The notes: a model not told the origin generated them from the letters alone. Positions 28,811-38,867 are shown, numbered from the stretch's first letter. The stretch is DNA of 64,000 nucleotides from Candidatus Babeliales bacterium (GCA_035940365.1 DASZEX010000033.1:1991-65990), one strand, 5' to 3'. Made by a program: numbers and translations.

Positions 28811-30610
28811 ATGTTTATTTTTTATATATGCTGGTATTTGATAGGTTCTACTTGGCAACTTCTTGGTATGGATTATGCTGATGGGTTGGAAATATTTTGT
28901 GATCATAGTCCGTATCTTAGTTATGAATATAGCAATGATTCATTGAAATTACTTGCTAGACTTAATAAAAAATGTAATGAAAAAGTTATTTTAGCGCGAG
29001 CATGTATAAAAAAAAAATTGAAAAAGACAATAGATAATATATCAAAGAATCATGAAGATTTTAATCCAAACACTTTGACGTTCAATAAATGGTACACCGC
29101 ATGTGGATGGACATATTGTTATTGCAAACTATGTACTTTATCCAAACATAAGCCCTGTGAGGATACAGAAAGTCAATGCCCATCTAAAAATAGGTGTGCT
29201 TGTCGAAAATCGGATATTGAGATGAAGTTATATTGCCTCGAGCCGAGTGAAGCTATTCGTGACAAATCAAAAAGATATATAATGCGAAATACGTTGTATG
29301 TTGCCAAATTTCCATTACCTAAACATCCAGACAATTTATTTTTTGACAAACATAACGAATCTTATGTAGATACTAATCCTTGGTTTAATCAAAATGATGA
29401 ACTATCAATGTTTCCAATATATGCAGATAGTGCTTCTGATGATTTAATAGAGTATTCTTTCTATAATGGAAAAGTTATAAAGCGTACGCTAACACAACCC
29501 TTTAGTTCAGCTTTTACTTCTTCTTTAACTATAAAAGCATCAAATAATAATTTTGGTGCATTCGCTGCAATGCCATCATCAAGTCTCAATTTATTTAAAA
29601 AGTTTCCGGTATTTTTTAGTGCACTATTACATGCAAAAAAACATACATATCTAGATGAATCATATAAATATATTAAAATTGATTCTATTTTAGCAGAAAT
29701 GTTTCATTTAAATGAAAACCATTTAAAGATACTCGCTCACATGATAAAGTATAAGTCTCCAAATAAGTATCCAAATTTTAACCCAAAACAATCTCTTATT
29801 GCTTCATACTTAGCCCACATAGGAGATACAAATACTGATTTAAAAGGTACGTTATTTTGCGCTTATATTAATCACTACAATAAAAAGTTTTCTTTTCCAA
29901 ATCATGATATTTTTTATCTTAATCCTTTAGGTGGATTGACATCAAAAGGGCAATGGATAAGATTTAATGATTTTGTTTCATTTAGCAATATGGTAATGCA
30001 AAGTACTATCGATGCCATTGAAACAATTGATGATGAAATGCAAAAATCCTTTGAACAATTATATATTATTCAACCGAAACCGGACCCGACATATACTATT
30101 GATCCAAGATGTTTTCATCCAGAATATTTTATAGAAATACAAAAAAAGATCTATAACCCATGCATAATAAATCTATGGAAAATATATGGTAATACAGTAC
30201 CTATTCAGTATGATTTTAAATATAGTTCCCAACTAACAAACATGTCATATATATATCCTTGGAAAAACAATCTCATTATTATACTCAATGCTATGATATA
30301 TAATCTCAAAAAAGATGAAGACAAAACTATAACATGTGAAGATGTATTAATTACAAAAGAAGAAGAAAATCATGGGTATACTATAAAAGATATTGAACCA
30401 ATTGATCTTACTACTAATACCATTACGGTTCATTTGAATGCAGTAACATGGTGGGAAAAAATTCTGTGTCCAATAAAAAAAATAAGTTTGTTACCCATGA
30501 ATATAGTATTTAAAAGATATATTAATTATCCCTTATTATATCCATGGAATTTTATACCATTCTTGTATAAGACAATAAAGGGGAAAGTGGGTTATTTTAG
30601 GTATATATGA
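28811..30610 (+). CDS. hypothetical protein, paralog 2 of Cys-cluster family
   Basis: 599 aa; FNKWYTACGWTYCYCKLCTLSKHKPCEDTESQCPSKNRCACRK; also N-terminal LEIFCDHSPYLSYEYSN and C-terminal GYTIKDIEPID match paralog 1. Confidence 0.55.
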   Translation: MFIFYICWYLIGSTWQLLGMDYADGLEIFCDHSPYLSYEYSNDSLKLLARLNKKCNEKVILARACIKKKLKKTIDNISKNHEDFNPNTLTFNKWYTACGWTYCYCKLCTLSKHKPCEDTESQCPSKNRCACRKSDIEMKLYCLEPSEAIRDKSKRYIMRNTLYVAKFPLPKHPDNLFFDKHNESYVDTNPWFNQNDELSMFPIYADSASDDLIEYSFYNGKVIKRTLTQPFSSAFTSSLTIKASNNNFGAFAAMPSSSLNLFKKFPVFFSALLHAKKHTYLDESYKYIKIDSILAEMFHLNENHLKILAHMIKYKSPNKYPNFNPKQSLIASYLAHIGDTNTDLKGTLFCAYINHYNKKFSFPNHDIFYLNPLGGLTSKGQWIRFNDFVSFSNMVMQSTIDAIETIDDEMQKSFEQLYIIQPKPDPTYTIDPRCFHPEYFIEIQKKIYNPCIINLWKIYGNTVPIQYDFKYSSQLTNMSYIYPWKNNLIIILNAMIYNLKKDEDKTITCEDVLITKEEENHGYTIKDIEPIDLTTNTITVHLNAVTWWEKILCPIKKISLLPMNIVFKRYINYPLLYPWNFIPFLYKTIKGKVGYFRYI

Positions 30611-30651
30611 TAATAAATATATGCAGTATGTAAGTATCGTGTCTTGTAAAA

Positions 30652-31899
30652 TCAAGCTCGTGTTAATTTATATCTGCTGGACAACTTTTTTATCGATTTA
30701 TCAGCAGGTTCACCTTTAAATTCTGTATCTATAATAACAGCATCCCCATTAGCATCACTAAGAATATTATCATATCCAACATCAAATGGAGCTTTTTTAA
30801 TTAATTGTACAAGTTCTTTTGATGATTCGGCATTAAATGGTACATTATGATTAATCTTTTTTTCAGCAAAAATAACAAGCGCATATTCTTTTGTGACATC
30901 ACTAATATTAATATCAACGTTATATGAAGATAAACATGTAGGGTTTATTATTTTATCTACAATCAAAAGAGATTCTTGATAACCAAGGTATTTTTCTGTG
31001 GTTTTATTTTTAACAAATATAACTTTTAGGGGAAGGTGTATATGAGAAAGTTTTTCATCATGCATAACTTGCTGTAACTTAGTATAAGTTAAAATTCGAG
31101 ATAAAACATAGTGTTTTTTAATGCAGTTTTTTTCAAACCATTGTACGTCATAATCTATTAAAAATGATTTTACAATCATTCTTGCATCATGCATTAGTAC
31201 ATCAATATCATCTATTGGTAGTGGTTTATGAGCTATATCCACTATACCACCTGCACCTCTTGATCGTTTTTCAAGTGTGAAAAATGCTTCTTTCCATTTC
31301 TTATCATCCCATGGCTTTCCTGTACGATCTGCCATAAAATAATCAGTTGCTATATTATGTGAAACAAAGACTTCTTTTAAATTACTTACCGTTTTGTTTT
31401 CATCAAAGAAAGTCTTGGGTAAAAAGAGATATCGATTGTTTTTCCCTTTCCACTGATATAATACATCTAAAGATTCTTTTTTAATCTGCAATAATGCGTG
31501 TTGCCATTTTTCTGCTTGTTGATCTTTTAATTCAGTTAAATTTATTCTATTTTGGCTATTAAAATACGAGTACCATGTAATTGGATTAATCCATTGCATA
31601 GTCATCTTAAGCGCATTCTTGAAAGAATTGATTACCGAATTTTTGCTTGTAGTCAACTGAATTGGCTGATTCTTAGGTAATTCTTTTTTTGTATACCAAT
31701 AATATCCTAATCCACACATACCACCAGCACACAGTGATGTTATAGCATATGGATGCTGTTTGAGAGCAGAGGCAAGATTAAACGGTACTTTATGTTTTAA
31801 TGGATTAGTATGCATGCAGTATAAAGGTAAGCTTGTAACTTCTACTATCAAAAATAGTATTAACAATCCTTTAATTGTTTGTGACAAAATATTTTTCAT
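30652..31899 (-). CDS. hypothetical membrane-anchored protein with possible atypical kinase-like C-terminal domain
   Basis: 415 aa; N-terminal TMs; C-terminal FDVGYDNILSDANGDAVIIDTEF fits D-x4-N followed by a metal-binding Asp as in APH/choline-kinase/protein-kinase-like folds. Confidence 0.45.
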   Translation of the reverse strand: MKNILSQTIKGLLILFLIVEVTSLPLYCMHTNPLKHKVPFNLASALKQHPYAITSLCAGGMCGLGYYWYTKKELPKNQPIQLTTSKNSVINSFKNALKMTMQWINPITWYSYFNSQNRINLTELKDQQAEKWQHALLQIKKESLDVLYQWKGKNNRYLFLPKTFFDENKTVSNLKEVFVSHNIATDYFMADRTGKPWDDKKWKEAFFTLEKRSRGAGGIVDIAHKPLPIDDIDVLMHDARMIVKSFLIDYDVQWFEKNCIKKHYVLSRILTYTKLQQVMHDEKLSHIHLPLKVIFVKNKTTEKYLGYQESLLIVDKIINPTCLSSYNVDINISDVTKEYALVIFAEKKINHNVPFNAESSKELVQLIKKAPFDVGYDNILSDANGDAVIIDTEFKGEPADKSIKKLSSRYKLTRA

Positions 31900-32140
31900 A
31901 GAAGTACCTTATTACAAATAATTTCACAATAAAAATATATCTTTTGTATTTGATTATTGTCAATAATATACGAATGTATAAGTATTACTAAGCAAAAAAG
32001 AATAAAATGTATTTAGTTTATTTGGCATTCTTGCGTGTCTATCTCGGTTAATAGTTGCAATAATCCTTATAAATAAATGATTTTATTTTAAAAGAATAAC
32101 TGATAGTGGAATATCTCATGCGAGGTAGGAGGTAGAATAT

Positions 32141-32175
32141 AAAAGAAGAAGCGGCAAATATCCGCTTCTTCTTTT
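32141..32175 (-). terminator. intrinsic terminator after ndk
   Basis: AAAAGAAGAAGCGG-caaatat-CCGCTTCTTCTTTT, 14-bp stem with flanking A/T runs, 5 nt past the ndk stop. Confidence 0.75.
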
Positions 32176-32180
32176 ATTAT

Positions 32181-32591
32181 TTAGTTTTTCAAATCAGGAA
32201 AAAATATACTCAGTTCATACTGGGCATTTTCTGCAGAATCAGAGCCATGCGCTGCATTAGTGCCTATGGAAGTACCATACAATTTACGAACGGTACCTTC
32301 TGCAGCATCTTTTGGATTAGTTGCGCCCATGAGCGTACGCCATGCAAATACTGCATCATCTTTTGCTAATGCCATAACCACTACTGGTCCAGAGGTAATA
32401 AAATCTACCAATTCACCAAAAAATGGTCGCGCTGCATGTACTGCATAGAACTTTTCTGCTGTCTTTTTATCTATAGTACGTTTTTCCATACGCGCTATAG
32501 TAAAGCCATTATCTTCAATCATTTTAATAATTGAGCCGGTATGGCCTGCTTTGACTGCATCCGGTTTGATCATTGCAAATGTATATGCCAT
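32181..32591 (-). CDS. ndk: nucleoside diphosphate kinase
   Basis: 136 aa; FAMIKPDAV, YAVHAARPFFGELVDFITSGPVVVMAL, NAAHGSDS active-site His. Confidence 0.95.
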   Translation of the reverse strand: MAYTFAMIKPDAVKAGHTGSIIKMIEDNGFTIARMEKRTIDKKTAEKFYAVHAARPFFGELVDFITSGPVVVMALAKDDAVFAWRTLMGATNPKDAAEGTVRKLYGTSIGTNAAHGSDSAENAQYELSIFFPDLKN

Positions 32592-32596
32592 GTTGT

Positions 32597-34453
32597 TTAT
32601 TCCTTATCTGCTTTGCTATTTTCTTTTTCTTCACGTTGTCTAATTGCAGATTCCAATGCAAGCTGAAAAGCACTCTTTGCACCAGTTGATGCAGCTTGTG
32701 TTCCTGATGTTGCAGTAGATTGGGTTGTTGATGTTTTTTTGGATGAAGATTTTGACGTTGCTGTTTTGGCTGGCGCAGGTGTTGCTACTTGCTGGGTTGC
32801 TGGTGCACCTTCCAGACGTGTACTGAGCGCCAATTTGCGATCCTGTTTGCTTACTGCAATGACGCGAAGTTCATACGTATTACCTATAGTAAAGTATTCT
32901 TCCGCTTTTTTGGATTGTTCACTTTGCAAAGTAGTATTATGGACTAAACCTTCAATACCATTCGGCAAACGAATAAAAGCGCCAAAGTTAGTTACTTTAG
33001 ATACTACACCATTTACTAATGAACCTACTGGATAGAGTGTTTCCACTTCAGACCATGGATCTGGAGTTAATTGTTTAACGCCAAGTGATATCTTTTTATT
33101 ATCTTTATCAATAGAAAGTACAATTACGTCGATTTCTTGACCTATATGATATTTATCTTTTGGATGTTCTACATGCTCAGTCCAAGAAAGATCAGAAATA
33201 TGAACAAGCCCATCAATACCTGGCAATAATTGTACAAAGATACCAAAGTCGGTAATATTGCTAATTGTGCCATGGATTTTTTGGCCGACAGTAAATTGTT
33301 CAGTAACCTGTTCCCATGGATTTTTTGAAAGTTGCTTGATGCTCAAGGACATACGGCGATTTTCTTTATCCAATGAAACAAGCAATACTTCTATTTCATC
33401 ACCAACTTTATAAAGTGAATGCAAATTTTCTATGCGATCAGTCCATGAAACTTCAGAAATATGTACAAGGCCTTCAATATTTGGAGCAACTTCTACAAAT
33501 AAGCCATAGTCAGTAATGCTTGAAATCTTACCTTTAATACGAGAACCAACAACCAATGATCTCTCAACTTCTTCCCATGGGTTTGAGGTAAGCTGTTTGA
33601 GTCCAAGTGATATTTTTTCAGTATCTTTGTCAAAAGAGAGTACCATAACAGTAATAGTATCACCAATAGATATAAGTTCACTTGGATGAGCAATACGCCC
33701 CCACGTCATATCGGTGATATGTAATAACCCATCAACGCCACCGATATCAATAAAGGCACCATAATTGGTAATATTTTTGACTACGCCTTGTATAATTTGA
33801 TTTGGCTGTAGATCAGTAAGTACTCGTTTGCGGGCATCTGCTCGTATGTCAGAAAGATATTTTCTGCGAGAAATAATAACATTACCCCGTTTGCGGTTAA
33901 TTTTTAGTATATTGGCAGTAATTTTTTGGCCAACATATTGATCAAAATCAGTTACCCGTTGTAAATCAATTTGGGAACCAGGTAAAAAGGCATCAATACC
34001 AATATCAACACTCAAGCCACCTTTGACTTTATGAGTAACAATACCTTGGACCGGTTCTTCACTTTCAAATAATTTAACAATACGATCCCATGCGCGCATT
34101 GCTTTGGCACGCTCATAGGATACTACTACATGACCTTCAGCATTTTCCAATTGCTCAATAAGGACTTCAATAGTATCGCCAACAACTAAATTTTTTAATT
34201 CATGAGGACCAAATTCAAATTTTGGTATAAGGCCATATGATTTGCAACCAATATCAATTAATACACCATCAGAATCTACACGAATAATAGTGGCGGTGGC
34301 TGGTTTGCCAGGAGTATAGTTATTAAATATACCTTCATAAAGGCCATTGAGTTCTTCTTGAATTTCAGGGGAAGTAAGAAGAATATCTTCATTAATAAGA
34401 GATTTGGACCGAATAGCGCAAAACTGTTCGGGGCGGATTAATTCTTTTGACAT
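32597..34453 (-). CDS. rpsA: 30S ribosomal protein S1 with Ala/Thr/Ser-rich C-terminal extension
   Basis: 618 aa; six S1/OB repeats (GxVxxxxxxGxFVxL..GIDGLVHISD pattern repeated). Confidence 0.95.
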   Translation of the reverse strand: MSKELIRPEQFCAIRSKSLINEDILLTSPEIQEELNGLYEGIFNNYTPGKPATATIIRVDSDGVLIDIGCKSYGLIPKFEFGPHELKNLVVGDTIEVLIEQLENAEGHVVVSYERAKAMRAWDRIVKLFESEEPVQGIVTHKVKGGLSVDIGIDAFLPGSQIDLQRVTDFDQYVGQKITANILKINRKRGNVIISRRKYLSDIRADARKRVLTDLQPNQIIQGVVKNITNYGAFIDIGGVDGLLHITDMTWGRIAHPSELISIGDTITVMVLSFDKDTEKISLGLKQLTSNPWEEVERSLVVGSRIKGKISSITDYGLFVEVAPNIEGLVHISEVSWTDRIENLHSLYKVGDEIEVLLVSLDKENRRMSLSIKQLSKNPWEQVTEQFTVGQKIHGTISNITDFGIFVQLLPGIDGLVHISDLSWTEHVEHPKDKYHIGQEIDVIVLSIDKDNKKISLGVKQLTPDPWSEVETLYPVGSLVNGVVSKVTNFGAFIRLPNGIEGLVHNTTLQSEQSKKAEEYFTIGNTYELRVIAVSKQDRKLALSTRLEGAPATQQVATPAPAKTATSKSSSKKTSTTQSTATSGTQAASTGAKSAFQLALESAIRQREEKENSKADKE

Positions 34454-34548
34454 GTATATGAGCTCCCAGAGCGTATATTGTATCGCTTGCCATACAGGAA
34501 AGGTATTAAAGCAAGGTTACAGGTTATTAAAATATAAATACTCAAACC

Positions 34549-34579
34549 GCTATAATAGACATTTTCTGCCTATTATAGC
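34549..34579 (-). terminator. 10-bp hairpin between small basic ORF and rpsA (terminator/attenuator candidate)
   Basis: GCTATAATAG-11 nt-CTATTATAGC; on the minus strand followed by a U-rich stretch. Confidence 0.35.
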
Positions 34580-34623
34580 AGTCTTTTTTATAATATCAGG
34601 CAATGATAATCTCTGCAAATATA

Positions 34624-34761
34624 TTATCTGCCAGAGGATTTTCTTGATCGGCCAGTAGTTTTTTTGGATGATCCAGATACAGAAGACCGCGTACGTTTGG
34701 TTGATGATGAACGTTTGCGGCTATGAGTCTTTTTGTGACTTCCTCTTTTTTTTGTAACCAT
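34624..34761 (-). CDS. unannotated small highly basic Ser/Arg/Lys-rich protein (45 aa)
   Basis: Not in ORF track (too short). ATG at 34761 preceded by AAAAAGGAGG-7 nt. MVTKKRGSHKKTHSRKRSSSTKRTRSSVSGSSKKTTGRSRKSSGR, stop TAA at 34626-34624. Hairpin downstream. Confidence 0.5.
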   Translation of the reverse strand: MVTKKRGSHKKTHSRKRSSSTKRTRSSVSGSSKKTTGRSRKSSGR

Positions 34762-34883
34762 AGGAAAACCTCCTTTTTATAGTTAAAACTTATTACTCAT
34801 TATTACTATAGCAATTATTAATTTTTAACTGCAATAATTCTTATATAAAAATTTTTAAATTTAAATATTAATAAATAAAATAA

Positions 34884-36494
34884 TTATATATCCTCATTAG
34901 GAATAATTGCCATAGGTATTATGGGTGAAGGTATAGTAGTATTTTCAGAACGTCGCACAAATGGTGTATAATCGTCTTTAAATTCATCTTCATAACAACC
35001 TGTATAGCCTCCTATGCCCATTGTTTTCGGAGATGATTGATATAAAATATACGCACATCTAGATGCCGTTAAGGCAAAAGAACTCATAAAAGATTTTACA
35101 TAACTCATACCCACTATTTTATGTGCAATACCTGTTAAAATACCGCATAAACCAGTTAGGCCTAAAACTTCTAATGTTGTCTTATATTTGTTATATAGAG
35201 TTTCCAATACATCTATTTTAGTATCAACATCAGGGACTTGTTGGTTAATATGATATGTTAGCATAGATTTATCAACAGCATTTTCAGCAGGTTTATATAC
35301 CTTATCTAATAAATTTTTTAACCAAAAACGGGGAGCTTGCCATGGTACTTCCCATAAATAGCCAAAAGTATTTCTTCGTTTAAAAATACTCATATCAATA
35401 GGTTTGTTGGCATAACCTCGTACAGCTTCCATAATAAGTCGTACTTGTGGTGAACAAGAAGGCTTTAGCGGACGCCAAAGTGGAATATAAGCATATCCAG
35501 GTATCTGGCCGCAAAATTTATGATGTCTTTGATCATATGCTATAGTATGTAAAGGTTCATAAGTCCATTCACGACGACTGTGGATACCTAAGGTATATAT
35601 TTCTCCCATTAATGTTTGATCTGATGGCATTGACACACAAAGACTATATTTATTAGATTCTGTTTCATCAAGATAAGTTCCCATACAAGATTCATGCAAT
35701 ATAGGCTCAGCAAAAACAAAATTATCCGGTTTATCAACTGGTTTATTTGAAATAAGTATGCCTGCTGATGTCAAAAATGGTATCCCTGAGGAAATAGGAA
35801 AATATATTTCTTCCTCATTTTTAATGTTTTGAACACCCAGCGTTAATCCATCTTTACTGAGGCATGCTTTAAAATTACCGTTATGTTCCATTGTACTATT
35901 ATAAAAGACACGTGGTCTAAGGTTAAATACTATATTACGAACCCACCATCGCGGCTCACAATGAAGATTATACGCGCAAGTCCATATAGGCGAACGATAT
36001 AATGCCAATCTTTCTTGAAATTTTATACTAAAATCAGTAAGAACAGCAGCCTTTTGTACGCGGTTTTTATGTGGTATTCTTGTAAGATATGTATAAGAAA
36101 ATAATGAAGAGATACAATCATTGTCTTTCATGCGTTGAATGACTGTAGGATTTTTTCTAATTCTTGCCAGTTCATGCCAAATAATATAATCCATACCGTA
36201 ATCTGTTTGCCAATAATGCAATGCACATAATAATGTACGATTAATTTCATATTGTTTTTCAGAATGTGATTTTTTGCAGAAACAGGTACTATCTGTACAT
36301 GCAGTAGATAATTGTTGATGATTGTCACATCTATGCTTTTTTAATTGTATATCAAACCAATAATTAAAAGTGTGTTGTTTGTTGTCATCGCATATTTCCT
36401 TCCAAGTTTTAATATTTTGAGATTCAACAAATGTTTCATCATTTGCATATAACGTTGGATAGAAAAAGCATAGAAATACTAAAATAATGATCAT
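34884..36494 (-). CDS. hypothetical secreted/membrane protein
   Basis: 536 aa; signal peptide, Cys-rich N-terminal segment (CDNHQQLSTACTDSTCFCKK), C-terminal hydrophobic helices. Confidence 0.5.
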   Translation of the reverse strand: MIIILVFLCFFYPTLYANDETFVESQNIKTWKEICDDNKQHTFNYWFDIQLKKHRCDNHQQLSTACTDSTCFCKKSHSEKQYEINRTLLCALHYWQTDYGMDYIIWHELARIRKNPTVIQRMKDNDCISSLFSYTYLTRIPHKNRVQKAAVLTDFSIKFQERLALYRSPIWTCAYNLHCEPRWWVRNIVFNLRPRVFYNSTMEHNGNFKACLSKDGLTLGVQNIKNEEEIYFPISSGIPFLTSAGILISNKPVDKPDNFVFAEPILHESCMGTYLDETESNKYSLCVSMPSDQTLMGEIYTLGIHSRREWTYEPLHTIAYDQRHHKFCGQIPGYAYIPLWRPLKPSCSPQVRLIMEAVRGYANKPIDMSIFKRRNTFGYLWEVPWQAPRFWLKNLLDKVYKPAENAVDKSMLTYHINQQVPDVDTKIDVLETLYNKYKTTLEVLGLTGLCGILTGIAHKIVGMSYVKSFMSSFALTASRCAYILYQSSPKTMGIGGYTGCYEDEFKDDYTPFVRRSENTTIPSPIIPMAIIPNEDI

Positions 36495-36698
36495 TATAAA
36501 TCCTTATTGCATGCTAAAGTACAAAATATATATACTTATAGTACTTATTTTATGTCATTATGTAATAAAAATACCGCAATCGTATGCATGTATGACATAT
36601 ATATAGCATAGAAAAATAAAATCTTAAACTCTATCAGTATGTTTTTGTTGACAATGCATTAGTAAAAAGTATATTTAAAAACCAAAAATTATTTTTAT

Positions 36699-38699
36699 TT
36701 GAGGAGTATTTCTGTGCAAGCATTGATAATGTATAGTTATATATGTATAATAATAAATATGTCCATGCCTTCTTTTTGTATGAAACAAGATATAAAAGGT
36801 GGCCAATTAAAAATCAGTAAAAACAGTAGAAGTAAATCAAGTCGTATATTACGAAGAACAGAAGCTACCCATAAAAGATTTGAAATACCAAAAAGGTTTG
36901 AAATATCAAAAGAACTTCTACCTGATATTCCCGATCTTTCTGAATCGAGTATTGTAACTTTTTTTGAAGAAGAAAAATGTCCTATTACTCATGAGAGATT
37001 ATGTCAAGCTATTGAATATAATGATCTAAAATCAGTAAAAAAAATCTTGAAAAATCAATCAATTAATATTGAACATACTAGTATCAAAGAAATATCTTTT
37101 GGTAATTCTACATTTGAAGAACGATTAACACCGTTGGGTTTGGCAAGCTATCTTTGCTTACCTAACATGGTACAAACCCTTATTGACAAAAATGCGAATA
37201 TTAATGTGCAAGGGTTTTTTAATCCATTGAATCTTGTAATGTGTGCAAAACCGCCTATTCGTTTTGATATGTTTGATACGTCATTTCTTGTTTGTAGGAA
37301 CCAAGAAAAATATGATTTAGGTAGAGTATTTCACCCATTCACTCAAGAAGAAAAAATAGAAGAATCACTATTTCGCCAGCGGCAGAGGGAATGTCTAAAA
37401 TTACTTGTAGAAAACCGTGCTGATATACATAAAAATTATTATGGTGGGGGAACCGCATTACATAGAGCAGCCCATGTATGCGCGCATCTTATACCTGATT
37501 TAATTGACTATGGTATAAAAGTTAATGAAACAAAGCCGTTAAATAATAAAAATGCTCTTCTGGAATTATTAGATCATTGTTATAACCACCCAATAACAGA
37601 TGTTATAGAAGCGGCTCAAGCATTGTTGGATGCTCGTGGTGATGTTTATCAAGAGACTAATCTTGGTCTTTTTGATGATACTATTGCTAAAAAAAGATGG
37701 GATGGTGAATCAGTATATACATGGATGCAGCATCAAGTACGATCTGATGTAGACGTTCACCCTAAACTTATGGAAATAATCTTGTCAGCTATTGACCAGC
37801 AAACAAAAGATAGGTTACCTGTACATATTCTTAAACAGATTTTTATTATTATAGGAAAAAGAAACCCACAAATATTGGCTACCTTCGCATGTGTAAATAA
37901 AAATTGGAATGAGGCTATTAATAGTGCAGAAGTTACTAAAAAAGTTTTTCCTACTGTGCATCGTATACCCTTATATACGTTTGGAGCAAAGGTGTATCAT
38001 TGGGTAAATGCAAACTTATGCGAGGCAATACTACATCAAGATATAAAAACTATGAATTTGCTTTTGCAAGATTCAAGAAATTATGTAAATCCTAATTATA
38101 TGTACATAAAAAAAACAGATGTAGGGCCTCTTAATTATAAGATGCATACCACACCGATGGTACTTGTTGGCCAACAATGCAATATAAAGATGATGAATGC
38201 TTTAATACGTGCAGGAGGCAATATTAATGCACCAGCGCCATATAATGCCCTTATGGCGGTAGTTGAGGCACATAGTGATAAATCTGGATTTAAAGAAACT
38301 CAGCAGAAATGTGTACAACTTCTTCTTGATAATAAAGCAGATATACATAAAAAAAATAAAAATGGTACCGTATTACATCATGCTGCACAGTATGGCAAGG
38401 CACATTTAATGCCTATGCTTGTATCTGAGGAAAATGTTAATATACAAGATAGTAATGGATCAACAGCACTCTGTAAACTTTTTGAACACTGGAATACATA
38501 TAATCCATCAGTATTTACAACTGCAGTAAAAGCCCTATTGGAAGCAAAAGCAGATATTGCTATAAGTAACAAAGAGGGTAAATCAGTCGATTATTATGTG
38601 CAAAAAATAAAGAAAGGTTTCCGGTTTACTAGAGGTTTTGATCCTGCAATACATATGATAAAAGAACTATCAGGAAAAAAAATTAATGAATCATTATAA
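36699..38699 (+). CDS. ankyrin-repeat protein with internal F-box-like motif (eukaryote-like)
   Basis: 666 aa; ANK repeats (GGTALHRAAHVCAHLIPDLIDYGIKVNE; NGTVLHHAAQYGKAHLMPMLV...NIQDSNGSTALCKL); F-box-like LPVHILKQIFIIIGKRNPQILATFACVNKNWNEAI at ~37815-37925. Confidence 0.75.
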   Translation: MRSISVQALIMYSYICIIINMSMPSFCMKQDIKGGQLKISKNSRSKSSRILRRTEATHKRFEIPKRFEISKELLPDIPDLSESSIVTFFEEEKCPITHERLCQAIEYNDLKSVKKILKNQSINIEHTSIKEISFGNSTFEERLTPLGLASYLCLPNMVQTLIDKNANINVQGFFNPLNLVMCAKPPIRFDMFDTSFLVCRNQEKYDLGRVFHPFTQEEKIEESLFRQRQRECLKLLVENRADIHKNYYGGGTALHRAAHVCAHLIPDLIDYGIKVNETKPLNNKNALLELLDHCYNHPITDVIEAAQALLDARGDVYQETNLGLFDDTIAKKRWDGESVYTWMQHQVRSDVDVHPKLMEIILSAIDQQTKDRLPVHILKQIFIIIGKRNPQILATFACVNKNWNEAINSAEVTKKVFPTVHRIPLYTFGAKVYHWVNANLCEAILHQDIKTMNLLLQDSRNYVNPNYMYIKKTDVGPLNYKMHTTPMVLVGQQCNIKMMNALIRAGGNINAPAPYNALMAVVEAHSDKSGFKETQQKCVQLLLDNKADIHKKNKNGTVLHHAAQYGKAHLMPMLVSEENVNIQDSNGSTALCKLFEHWNTYNPSVFTTAVKALLEAKADIAISNKEGKSVDYYVQKIKKGFRFTRGFDPAIHMIKELSGKKINESL

Positions 38700-38867
38700 G
38701 TTAAAACTCTTGTTCAGATGAGTAATTCAGATAATGTAGAAGATCGTAAGTATTTAGTTCAGAGTATTACAGTTATTGATAAAAATTTTAAAATGGTTAT
38801 TTACAAAAAACGATAATCTGTATAGTCTGAGTAAATCAAAAAAAATGTTATTTTGGGAATAGTTAAT

